In this document: positions 41,196 to 53,255 of the stretch, piece after piece | Position numbering within the stretch: position 1 is the stretch's first letter | How the letters are laid out: each line of letters opens with the position of its first letter | NCBI GenBank assembly: GCA_951406725.2 | Contig: OX597814.1 | Location: forward strand, 154,876,001 to 154,940,000 | Source: Octopus vulgaris | Taxonomy: Eukaryota | DNA: 64,000 nucleotides | Direction of reading: 5' to 3' | The notes under the pieces: generated by a model | The model's database searches: none | Told to the model about the DNA's origin: nothing | The model's input: the letters and a program-made list of their open reading frames with translations, nothing else | Position numbers and translations under genes: made by a program

Positions 41196-41226
<31 letters not shown>
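40813..41226. mobile_element. Fold-back palindrome of the 3' end of an R4/Dong-like non-LTR retrotransposon in a (TAA)n tract
   Basis: Arms of about 150 bp (about 40895-41043 and 41051-41200) around a 7-nt loop caatttt, with one substitution and one indel, extended by (ATT)n and (AAT)n. The arms encode (KIA)LLGTA[H/Y]ILRRTLSIQ*, the C-terminal motif typical of R4/Dong ORFs. Dong elements are known to target TAA repeats. Confidence 0.8.
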
Positions 41227-41251
41227 TCGATTATTATTATTATTATTGTTG

Positions 41252-41301
<50 letters not shown>

Positions 41302-41386
41302 ACAGATACATATTACTTTTATCCAGGTATATGTACCACATTATATATGTATATATGTATACATATACATACATATATATGTACAG

Positions 41387-41447
<61 letters not shown>

Positions 41448-41588
41448 CATATGTTCATGTGTGTAACATGCTGATGTATTGAGTTTTATATATTATGCAT
41501 AAATGCAAATGATTATATTATATAGAAACTTACAAATACATATATGATAGCTATATATTATATGCTTACGTATGTAATGCAATTTTGC

Positions 41589-41669
<81 letters not shown>

Positions 41670-41883
41670 CATGTATCAATCTATACTGTATATTCTTTTT
41701 CTTCTTTTATTCAGCCATATTCATGAATATACTGAAACAATGCAAAACTTTCATAAAAATGTATCTACTTCTCGTATACACACGAGCCCCTTACACAACA
41801 GAAATTGCACGGTCACGCAGACACACAGTCGCACACACTCACACACACACACGCACACACACACACAAACATGCACAACACTA

Positions 41884-41914
<31 letters not shown>

Positions 41915-42029
41915 TACAGACACGTACACATACGCACAAAACATTCACACGCATTCATATACATATATATATTTAAATATATATATATATACACATATAT
42001 ATATATATGTATGTAGGTATATATGTATG

Positions 42030-42066
<37 letters not shown>

Positions 42067-42103
42067 ATATATATATACATATATATTTATGTATATTTAT
42101 ATG

Positions 42104-42159
<56 letters not shown>

Positions 42160-42731
42160 TATAAATGTACTTATATATAGGCACATTTGTCAGGGTATTT
42201 TAAACTTTAATTCAATCCGTATTTTTCTTAGAAAATATACAACGTATCATGTAAACAATAAGCAATAAATTATGGAAATAATTATCACTGGAATTTTATA
42301 CAAAGCCAAAGTTATCAGAAGATATACACCATTTTATTCTGTTTACCTGAAAACACTTTGAAAGAAAGAATTATGATTATAACATCTATATTTCCATTAT
42401 CTTAATTTGTAACTATTTTATGGAGTATTATATGATAGGCATATACATATGCCTATATAAATCATATGTTTCTTGATTTAAATAAATATAAAGATAGAGA
42501 GTTTAATATGTAGATATAGATACATCCATTCATGTATGCATGCATACATATTTAGATTCACACATATACATCAATGAGTGTGATTCGGTTAAATATTTTA
42601 TAACAGTAATTAATTTATGAAATATCTATTCATATCACGATTACTTGTGTATATGCATGGTTGTATGCACATATGTTGTATGTACACATGTGTGTGTTGC
42701 ATGTATCTCTGTATATATGTATATGGATATG

Positions 42732-42777
<46 letters not shown>

Positions 42778-42922
42778 TTTATAAATAAGGATAATATCGA
42801 TATTTAGATATCGATATTATCAAGTGGCCAGCATGGAAAAAATACCATACAAAGGTAATAATTTTTTTACAACTATAAATAAGATATATAAGGTATCTCT
42901 CAGATACCCTTATCTATAGTTT

Positions 42923-42994
<72 letters not shown>

Positions 42995-43329
42995 CTATGT
43001 ATCTCTGTATATACATGTATCTCATCTTCCTATTTCGAAAACAGAACTGGAAATCTTTTCTCCTGAATTGAGCAAAGTGCTCAACATATAGAGAAAAAGG
43101 AATCAAATTCCACCCCATATTATATATAAATAAATAAAAATTGAATGACGTGAGAAAATTTAATGAATTGTAACATATATTAAATTTGACATGTATTAAA
43201 TTACATATGCATATTCTATATATCGTCTCTACAAAATCGGATCTCTATTTCTAAAGAACCGGTGTTGTTTCTTTATATCATATGTGCCGGATTTTGATGA
43301 AATGCATGTGGCATCTGCATGCCATCCCA

Positions 43330-43830
43330 AATAAGCGTGGCTGATGGTATTGAATAATGATGTCATCTAAACTATTTGCAGGTAAGACATCAGCAGGTGA
43401 AAATTCCAACGTACAGATGTACTGGGAAAGAGCGATTGAACGCTGCGGGTGGTATGGGGCTCGTTGCGAGGGAGCAGTCCGTGTGATGAGAAGAAGAGAT
43501 GTAAATAAATGTGGAATGCCTGAGTGGAGGGGTCACAGAAAAATGCAAGCTTCGCGAAGCTGAGTTCATTCTAGTCACGGTAGAAATGACATAGTGAAGA
43601 GACTGCACATTTGTGGTCTTACGTTTGGAGTGAATTGTGTCACTGATTTCATGCCAGTCAGTCAAGTGGCCTATCTCTACATGTTGTCTTGTATACCTTG
43701 TGTCTACATCACCAGCAGCGTCCAAGTCATGTTAACAATGTCCTATTTTGGGCCACACCTGAGTTTGTAGATTGCTAAAACATTTCCTGGTCCTAGAGAG
43801 AAAGATCAATCTCTGGAATGCGGTTCAAAG
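43330..43830 (-). mobile_element. Decayed 3' end of a CR1/L2-group LINE ORF2
   Basis: Frameshifted remnants IYK-QVWPKIGHC*H, AVSSLCHFYRD and QSLFPSTSVRWN parallel the conserved IYKAQVRP.MEYC.H, VASLSLFYRY and SFFPRT..LWN motifs. Confidence 0.65.
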
Positions 43831-44170
43831 TTTTGCTAGTCCTAACTATGAGATCGGTATATATTTATGTGTACGTAAATTATGCACATATATATGACTT
43901 TCATCAGCAGTCGATACAGTGAATATTATGGGGATGTTTTTATTCATACACGTAGGCTTTATCTCAGTTTCTTAATTTGCAGATCTAATTTGATCAGCAG
44001 AAAAAATGGAAAACCGATATAATTTCTAGACACTCTGGCTTCAGAACCGAACGTTAAAAATATAACTTAGAAAGGAACTACAACACAAATAATGATATTT
44101 ATGAATAGGCAATGGATATAGAAGGAATATTTCCATGTGCATATATATAATAGTTATATGTGTGTATGTA

Positions 44171-44226
<56 letters not shown>

Positions 44227-44256
44227 GATATGTAGATTTATATATACATATTTATA

Positions 44257-44296
<40 letters not shown>

Positions 44297-44624
44297 TATA
44301 TATGTGTGTATTTATATATGTGTATATATATATATATATATACACACATATAAATACACACATATGTATGTGTGTATGTGTATATATATATACATAAATA
44401 TATATGTATATATAAATTCAAACGTGCATACACACATACACTCACTCACACACACGCACACACACTCCACCACACACACGCACACACACTCCCCCACGCA
44501 CATATATATATGCATGTATGCACAAGCAAATGATGTGTGTATATATGTCTGTTGGTATATGTTATATAATGCATATCTGTCTCTGCAAATATGCATATAA
44601 CGGCGGTGCATCAGCTAGATAGAT

Positions 44625-44749
<125 letters not shown>

Positions 44750-45050
44750 AAGATAAATGAATAGATATATACATAGATGTATAAATAGACACAGTTTGAC
44801 AGAGTGTGAGAGAATTAAAAACATTAAAAAGAATATTGAAAAATAGATCCATGCCAATGGATTTGATATGTGTAATATGCATATTTAATTTACTGTATTT
44901 ATCTTTATTACCATGAACACGTGATAACCATTTGAAGCAATATAAAGCTTACGTAAACACGTCATATAGTATATTATGTACATTTGTGTGTGTGCGTACA
45001 TATATCGAGTTCGGTTCATATATATACGTATATATACATATATAAATACA

Positions 45051-45089
<39 letters not shown>

Positions 45090-45450
45090 TCATATGCATA
45101 TGCATATATATCTTTTGGTATATGCACATCAGTAGTTATATGTTTTTTCCTAACATTTATATGAATTAGATAAATAATGAAAATAAAATTAAAATATATG
45201 ACGATTAAACAAACAAAGAAAAAAAAACAAAACAACACAATCAAATATAAAATGGATAAACATATGCATGTACAGAATGGGTATATGAAATACTAATTGA
45301 GGAAAGTAAAAACACCAAAAGTTATTGAAAACAAAACAAAACATTCTTGCAAATGTAAAATAAATGCAACCCTGTAAACATAATTACTGCAATAAAATAT
45401 TTAATGTACATGAGCATAGACATTATATTCATATGTGTATGGGTGTAGCT

Positions 45451-45491
<41 letters not shown>

Positions 45492-45569
45492 GTGTGCGTG
45501 TGTGCGTAGAATGTAATTATATATATATATATATAGAATATAATTATAAGGCAATAAATGTATTTATGA

Positions 45570-45600
<31 letters not shown>

Positions 45601-45799
45601 CACACAAACTTATATGCACACGTGCGTGTGTTTGCGTTTGTATATGCGTGCATGTATATATACTCACCAGCACACACAAACACTCACGCAGAAATATTTT
45701 TACTATATGTGTGCGTGTATGTACGCTTGCATATGTAGTTATAGTCTCTCATACGTATGCATCTGTATGCACGTGTATGTATTTATACAAACATATCAA

Positions 45800-45834
<35 letters not shown>

Positions 45835-45893
45835 GTGCTTGAGGATGTGTGCTTGTGTGCGGCTATGGGTATATATATATATATATGGCTATG

Positions 45894-45991
<98 letters not shown>

Positions 45992-46140
45992 ACTTAGAAA
46001 AAAACACCTTTTATCAATTCAATAATGAAAACATTTTATTATACCATTTAGAAAAATTACATATAGAAAGATTAAATATAACATAAAACATATAACGATG
46101 ATTAAGCAATGTGCAAAATAATAAAAAATATATATATTTG

Positions 46141-46188
<48 letters not shown>

Positions 46189-46287
46189 TATATATATATA
46201 TATATGTACGTATGTATGCATGCATGTATATATATATATGTATATATATATGTGTATATATATATATGTATGTATGTATGCATGTAA

Positions 46288-46324
<37 letters not shown>

Positions 46325-46789
46325 TATTTAAAATGTTTACATTATAATAGGCAGTCATGAATATTTGGTGCATGTTTATATTTATGTATAACATGTAATA
46401 TATATACAATATAAATATATATATATAGACATATGCAGTATAAGTATGCATATACCTATATGCATATACCTATACATAATAACATAAATACTTCGTGCAT
46501 ATGTATCTTTATAAATATGTAATATCTGTATATGAGTGTGTTTGTGTGTATGTTGTATAAATGTGTGTATACATATAAAAATATTTATTTATATAGATAC
46601 ATATATTTAAGTAAATTTATATATGTATATCTATATGCATATTCATATAGTTTATTTGTCTGTTTACATTTGAGCGAGCATAATTACATGTGTCTCTTTG
46701 TGCGCGCGTGCGTATATAAATATAGAAACATGGATATATCATAAATATATTTTTGTAAATATTTGTATCGTATCATCTTTTCCGCGCGC

Positions 46790-46821
<32 letters not shown>

Positions 46822-46943
46822 TTGTGTGTGTGTGTAAGTATATACAAAAGTACACAGCGCACATGCATACACACACATAAATATAGTTACGCAGAAGCTT
46901 GTAGCACACACCCTCCCAACTATACGTAGACATCTCCACTTAC

Positions 46944-47059
46944 CGTTGTCATGTCGTTCCGCGTCACATCCCCGAGCGTTGCCATTGGCGACCAGCGCCA
47001 TTTGCTGCTGTTGCTGCTGCTGCTGATGTTGTTGTTGCTGATGCTGTTGTTGCTGATGC

Positions 47060-47111
<52 letters not shown>

Positions 47112-47361
47112 GATGGTGGTGTTGTTGTTGCTGTTGTCTGTTAAGTAAAGTTGCCACCACCCGTGGACTGTGGGTGGCGGCGTTAGCGAACATAGCTGCA
47201 GCAGCACAGTTGTTTCGAGGTAGTTCCTGGAGGTCCAATATGTGGCTAACAGAGAAATTGGCCTTGCTGTTCGGCAACGAGGTGAGATAAGAATGGCTTT
47301 TGTCAAAAGCAACTGAAAACGAGTCGTTAGCGCCTTGCGCTGACAAGTTGTAACTACTCAT
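46944..47361 (-). CDS. Prrx: First coding exon of a Prrx-class (paired-related homeobox, PRRX1/2-like) transcription factor; partial CDS, homeodomain exons not found in the window
   Basis: ATG at 47361 opens MSSYNLS...SKANFSVSHILDLQE. This closely matches the N-terminus and eh1 motif of vertebrate PRRX1 as recalled (MTSSYG...KKNFSVSHLLDLEE). It is followed by an Ala-rich stretch and a Gln/His tract, then ...ERHDN-G and a consensus donor G|GTAAGT (intron begins at 46943). The exon is 418 nt, giving a phase-1 intron. Beyond the donor the ORF runs into microsatellite. Orthology rests on the N-terminal motif only. Confidence 0.82.
47002..47136 (-). repeat. Coding CAA/CAG/CAT/CAC trinucleotide tract encoding about 45 Gln/His residues
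   Basis: (TTG)n/(CTG)n on the plus strand, in frame within the Prrx exon: QQQQQHHH-Qn-HQQQQHQQQQHQQQQQQQQ. Confidence 0.9.
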
Positions 47362-47406
47362 AGTAAAAAGTATTGGGACGGAAATAACAGCTCACACCAG
47401 AGGCTT

Positions 47407-47450
47407 CTGTAGTAATCAGTGCAAGAATGAAGTAAATTAAATAAGATTAG
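47407..47450 (-). promoter_or_regulatory. Candidate splice acceptor in the 5' UTR of the Prrx-like gene
   Basis: The minus strand reads ctaatcttatttaatttacttcattcttgcactgattactacAG|aagcc: branch-like CTAAT/CTGAT, a pyrimidine-rich tract and CAG about 45 nt before the ATG. Confidence 0.35.
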
Positions 47451-47616
47451 ATTCAACCAAGACCATTCGGGGCGTGGGGTGGATGCGTTTCATATGTATA
47501 AGTGTATGTGAGTATATGCATATGTGCATATGTATATGTATGTATGCATGTATGTATGTATGTATGTATGCATGTATGTATGTATGTATGTATATATATG
47601 CATGTATGTATGCATC

Positions 47617-47663
<47 letters not shown>

Positions 47664-47682
47664 ACATACATACATATGCTTA

Positions 47683-47723
<41 letters not shown>

Positions 47724-47796
47724 TACATATATAATACATATATATGTATATATATATACATATATACTACATACACACATGAGTACATATATATGT

Positions 47797-47846
<50 letters not shown>

Positions 47847-47936
47847 GTATGTATTGTACATACAGACATGTGTACATATATATTTAAGATTATTCTACCT
47901 GTGTATGTGTTTATTTATACATACATACATACACAC

Positions 47937-47984
<48 letters not shown>

Positions 47985-48077
47985 ACACACACAAATCTAT
48001 GTATATATATAAATTCTATATAAATGCACATAGATTATACATACATAAATGCATACATACATACATACATACATACA

Positions 48078-48184
<107 letters not shown>

Positions 48185-48857
48185 ATACATACACAGACAC
48201 ACAGACACACACACAATATTGCCACAGCCTTTGGAGCTGAAACAAATAAAATAAAAAAAATATATATATATATCTATAACCACAGACAATAAAAAAAATT
48301 GCACCCACTGTTATTCACGTGTGCATTGTTAGTATAATAATATAGGTCGTTTTTCCAATATTTCTCACTAAGAACACACATAACAGCATTAACACATATA
48401 CAAGAAGACACATACTCCCACACTTACACAGTGGCACTCAAGAATACTGGTATAAGCGTTATTATTATCTCTCTTTTTTTTATATAAACTGATCATCTGT
48501 GAGCCTTGCCAGCTGAGGTGACAGAAGAGATCTAATAAGATAGAAACACGTCCAACTCATCCTCCAGTTGGTTTAAGGTAAAGACCTAGCCTACCTACAG
48601 TTTTTTGTTTCACAGATTTTGAATTAGCAGATAGAGTGAGAGTTATCTCCCTTACTGATTGTTTTTGTACTTTCATCAGCACTAGCGGGTGATTTTCAAT
48701 TCTAATTACAATGGTAATATTATTAACAGATTTGTGTGTGTGTGTACGCGCGAGTGCTTATACATACATATATATGTATACATATATATATAAATATATA
48801 CGCACAGAGACATTTATATTTGTATGTGTCTGTGTATATATATAATGTGTATATGTG

Positions 48858-48888
<31 letters not shown>

Positions 48889-49164
48889 TTGTGTGTGTTT
48901 GTGTGTATGTATGTACACACACACTGAAAATAATTCGAAATAACTAGGACTAGGTTAACGAACTCAATATACATTTAATCTAAATTTTATATTTATTTAT
49001 AGATGTGGCTGTGTGGTAAGAGGTCTGTTTCTCAACTACGTGGTTCCGGGTTCAATCTAACTGCGTGGCTCCCTGGAAAAGTATGTGAATAGATGTATGC
49101 ATTTATGATGTATAAATGCGAAGTAGTCACTGTCAGCACTATTCTTGTTAACGAATGGTATACT

Positions 49165-49567
49165 CTTACTCTTTTACTTGTTTCAGTCATTTGACTGCGG
49201 CCATGCTGGAGCACCGCCTTTAGTCGACCAAATCGACCCCGGGTCTTATTCTTTGTAAGCCCAGTACTTATTCTATCGGTCTTTTTGCCGAACCGTTAAG
49301 TGACGGGGACGTAAACACACCAGCATCGGTTGTCAAGCAATGCTAGGGGGACAAACACAGACACACAAACACACACACACATACATACATATATATATAC
49401 ATATATACGACAGGATTCTTTCAGTTTCCGTCTACCAAATCCACTCACAAGGCATTGGTCGGCCCGGGGCTATAGCAAAAACACTTGCCCAAGATGCCAC
49501 GCAGTGGGACTGAACCCGGAACCATGTGGTTGGTTAGCAAGCTACTTACCACACAGCCATTCCTGCG
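49165..49567 (-). mobile_element. Full-length family B SINE
   Basis: tRNA-like head gcaggaatggctgtgtggtaag...ggttccgggttcagtccc and a tail ending gaaacaagtaaaagagtaagagta. Confidence 0.88.
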
Positions 49568-49576
49568 TATATATAT

Positions 49577-49637
<61 letters not shown>

Positions 49638-49860
49638 TGTGCATGTATATATTTGTGTGTGCGTGTTTGTTCCACCAACATCACTTCGCAACTGAAGCTG
49701 GTGTATTTACGTACTCGTAATTTAGCGTTTAGACAAAAGAGACCGATAGAATAAGTACTGGGTTTACAAAGAATAAGTCCTGGTGTCGATTTGTTCGACT
49801 AAAGGTGGTGCTCCAGCATGGCCGCAGTCAAATGACTTAAACAATTAAAAGAGTAAAAGA

Positions 49861-49913
<53 letters not shown>

Positions 49914-50732
49914 AGGATAATATCTATATAAGCCAGCGTCAAAACCGATTAAGGAAAATATTAATACAAAGTATATGATTTTTAACTATATATATAACAT
50001 GCAATATAACATCAAGGGCTATTACTATAAGTAAAGCGACGCGCTGTATGGGGCTCTAAAGTCAAACTACTTCAATAAATATACACAGGCACCGAATTCG
50101 AGGGAATGAACATAAGTGAAATTCCTTTAAAAAAAGGTTTAGCGTTTGATATAAAGATATATATATGTGTGTGTTTATATGTGAATCAGTTACAATGTGT
50201 ATGTATATATATATATATAATATAATATAATATAATATAATATAATTAAGTTTAAGTGGAATTTGGTACTTAAACTGAGGCACCTTACTAGGTCGGCATA
50301 ATCTGCACACCCAAACAATATTAATTGAATATTGAATATCAAGACTCTGTGCAGAGGTGATTCTACCTGATATACCCACCGTGTGTACCGACAACGTAAC
50401 CCAGCTAAATGAAGATATCTGCTCTTGGTAATTTACATTCGTAGTATTTATAAAGTACGTTCTATTGTATTTCCGAAGTGCAGATTCCAAGTTAGGTGAA
50501 CAGAATATAAATGAGTAACAAAGATATACAGGTGTCAATTCATTACAGCCGTTTCTAGAAGCTCCTTTAATTGATTAATGAAAGCATTACATCATTTGAA
50601 AGAAACCGCTCTCGTGAGATGACAGCATAGATTTCAAACATAAATGATAATCATTTTTTAAAAACATATATACATCAATAATGGAGCTCAAGATATTTAC
50701 ATTGTTTCTTTTGTCATATCTGTGGCAGAATG

Positions 50733-50791
<59 letters not shown>

Positions 50792-50857
50792 GGTCCCGGG
50801 TTGATTCGGGGTTAACCACAGTAAGTAAGGTACTCAATACATAGCAGAGTAAAATTA

Positions 50858-50976
50858 ATTTATTATATAGAAGGAGCTTCTACAGGACTAGTACTGTTTC
50901 ATTCAAGAGAAATCTTCAAGATTTCTCTTGAATGAAACAGTACTAGTCCTGTAGAAGCTCCTTCTATATAATAAAT
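50858..50976. repeat. Perfect palindrome (59-bp arms, 1-nt centre at 50917) derived from a Penelope-like terminus
   Basis: atttattatatagaagg...gaaatctt-c-aagatttc...ccttctatataataaat, flanked by (TA)n. Each arm carries the 3' half of a hammerhead (aga-tttc..gaat-GAAA-cagtactag-TC). Confidence 0.85.
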
Positions 50977-50977
50977 A

Positions 50978-51053
<76 letters not shown>

Positions 51054-51357
51054 AGAGAGAGAGAGAGAAAGAGAAAGAGAGAGAGAGGGGGAGAGTAAAT
51101 GATCCACAATCATCAAGCAAACTGAGTCCTCAGCTTTTTCCATTTGCCGGAAGGTTTGCAAGGTACCTACAGATTTCGAGGACATATTCGTGTCCATAGA
51201 ACAGGATTAAGGCTTTATAATACTGAACACTCATCGTTCATGACAGGAGAATCCATCATATACATACATACATACATACATACATACATACATACATACA
51301 TACATACATACATACATACACATACATACATACATACATACATACATACATACACAC

Positions 51358-51414
<57 letters not shown>

Positions 51415-51840
51415 CATATATATATATATATATATATGCGAGGACCTAGAAATACCTGGTATGGTGCCCAGGCGTGCAGAACGCCTACCAGGGTGGATCA
51501 GACCCTTTGGTGTTGACTCTCACAACTGATCTAGGAGACGGAACACTCTTACAAGAAAATCCTGCGATCGTTTTACCATCTGACGTGTGGCACACCGTGC
51601 ACCTGTACAGACCATGTTAATTCGATGGAGAGAGTGTGCTATGTTCAGCACAAGCAATGACCACTTTAAACAAGTCAAAGTGCCGGTTGTTCAGTAAACC
51701 ATTTTCACTCGATAACACCTGAGGTTTGGCGCATCGATGTGTGCTTTTTTTTATTGAAGATACACATGCGGTGTCACAGGGCTTAGGAATTGTTGAGGGT
51801 TATTTGCTGAACCCTCATTCATCGTCTTCGATGAGAGAAT

Positions 51841-51910
<70 letters not shown>

Positions 51911-51916
<6 letters not shown>

Positions 51917-53048
51917 GAAAATGGTGAAATATTCATAAACACCAATTGACTTACATCAATTATTATTTATTAATTCAATACAAATAGACTGCATCCCATC
52001 TAACAGCTGTTTCTGCTTTCAATGTTGTGTGGTATAGCTATTGATATGCTGAAAATATTTATCATATTTGGTAATAAAACCTATCTGAAGCATGGAACTT
52101 CATCAGAGTGAAGAATAAATAAAAAAGTAGATCAAGATCCTAGAGAAGAATAAGGAAAAGTTGAATATGGTTATAATCATACCATTTTGCTTGTGAATCT
52201 CTTTGGAACGTTAAGTAAATGACTAAACTTAAAATATTATTTAGTGGGTTAATCCTATGTACGTGGTGCATAGGATAGAAAAGTAATAAAAAAAGATAAA
52301 AACAAAAAATAAAAATAAAAATAGAAAATAATAGCGGTATACGCCAATAAGTTTTAGTCGAAGGACTGAAGATACAACAAGGTTTTAAAACAGCTGGTCT
52401 TTTGTTTTAAAATGTTAACTGACAAATTATATTGAGCGCTGGACCTTGGCCTGTCTTACTTCGGACAACAGGTGGATGGGCTTAATCACCTACTAGTAAG
52501 TAAAAAATTACATTTAATCGATTAAAACTTTATTATGATATATACTATTAGTTAGTACTATAAACATAATAATAAAAAATTATAATGATTAATTTAAAAC
52601 CTTACGGTATTTTCACCTCTTCTATTACTAAAACCTATTGGCGTATCCGGCTATTGTTTTTTATTTTTTAAATTTTATTTTTTATTATTTATCCATCCTA
52701 TGTCCCTCCCGTACAAAGGAGTAACCCACCAAATACTATTTTAAGTTTAGTTATATACTTAACCTCCCGAAGAGATACACAACCAATGTGGTATGATTAT
52801 AAACATATTCAACTTTTCCTTATTCTTCCCTAGGCTCCTCTTTTTTATCCATTCTTCACTCTGATGAAGCTCCATGTTCCAGATCGGTTTTATTACCAAA
52901 TATGATAACTATTTTTAGCATATAAGTGACAATACCATGGAACATTGGAAGCAGAAACAGCTGTTAGATGGGATGCAGTCTAGTTGTATTGAATTAATAA
53001 ATAATAATTGAAGTCAATTGTTGTTCATCAATATTTCTGTTTTTTGTT
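51911..53048. mobile_element. Long diverged inverted repeat (arms about 480 bp, spacer about 200 bp), Penelope-like terminal sequence
   Basis: 51911-52390 is the imperfect reverse complement of 52593-53048, for example gactgcatcccatctaacagctgtttctgctt / aagcagaaacagctgttagatgggatgcagtc. Both arms contain CTGATGA...GAAA-cagctg-TT. Confidence 0.75.
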
Positions 53049-53219
53049 AAATTTTGATTCTTGGTAAACTCATGTTTATCCTTGTCTTTACCTATAATTT
53101 AGGAGCATAATATTCTTGCATATGTATGTCCATGGCTAAACATAGGCAATATACCGGTAGTATAATAGATACTTTTATCCCTTAGATGGTTATTTTAACC
53201 TCTAAGTCAGCCAACATTT

Positions 53220-53255
<36 letters not shown>

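Noticed and set aside
43390-43725. 111-aa minus-strand ORF as a possible downstream Prrx exon
   Set aside because: Neighbouring frames show CR1/L2-type LINE C-terminal motifs, and there is no homeodomain or OAR motif.
46684-46943. C-terminal part of the 225-aa ORF 46684-47361
   Set aside because: It lies beyond a consensus GTAAGT donor and translates (CA)n/(TG)n repeats, so it is intronic read-through.
46920-47312. Poly-Asn (minus) and poly-Leu (plus) ORFs overlapping the Prrx exon
   Set aside because: These are alternative frames of the same trinucleotide tract; only the Gln frame carries the eh1 motif.
48515-48560. gacagaagagatctaataagatagaaacacgtc as another hammerhead
   Set aside because: The core reads CAGAAGA and stem I does not pair convincingly; at best it is a decayed relic.
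50062-50538. 158-aa minus-strand ORF
   Set aside because: It runs into simple repeats and shows only faint Penelope-like similarity, too weak to annotate.
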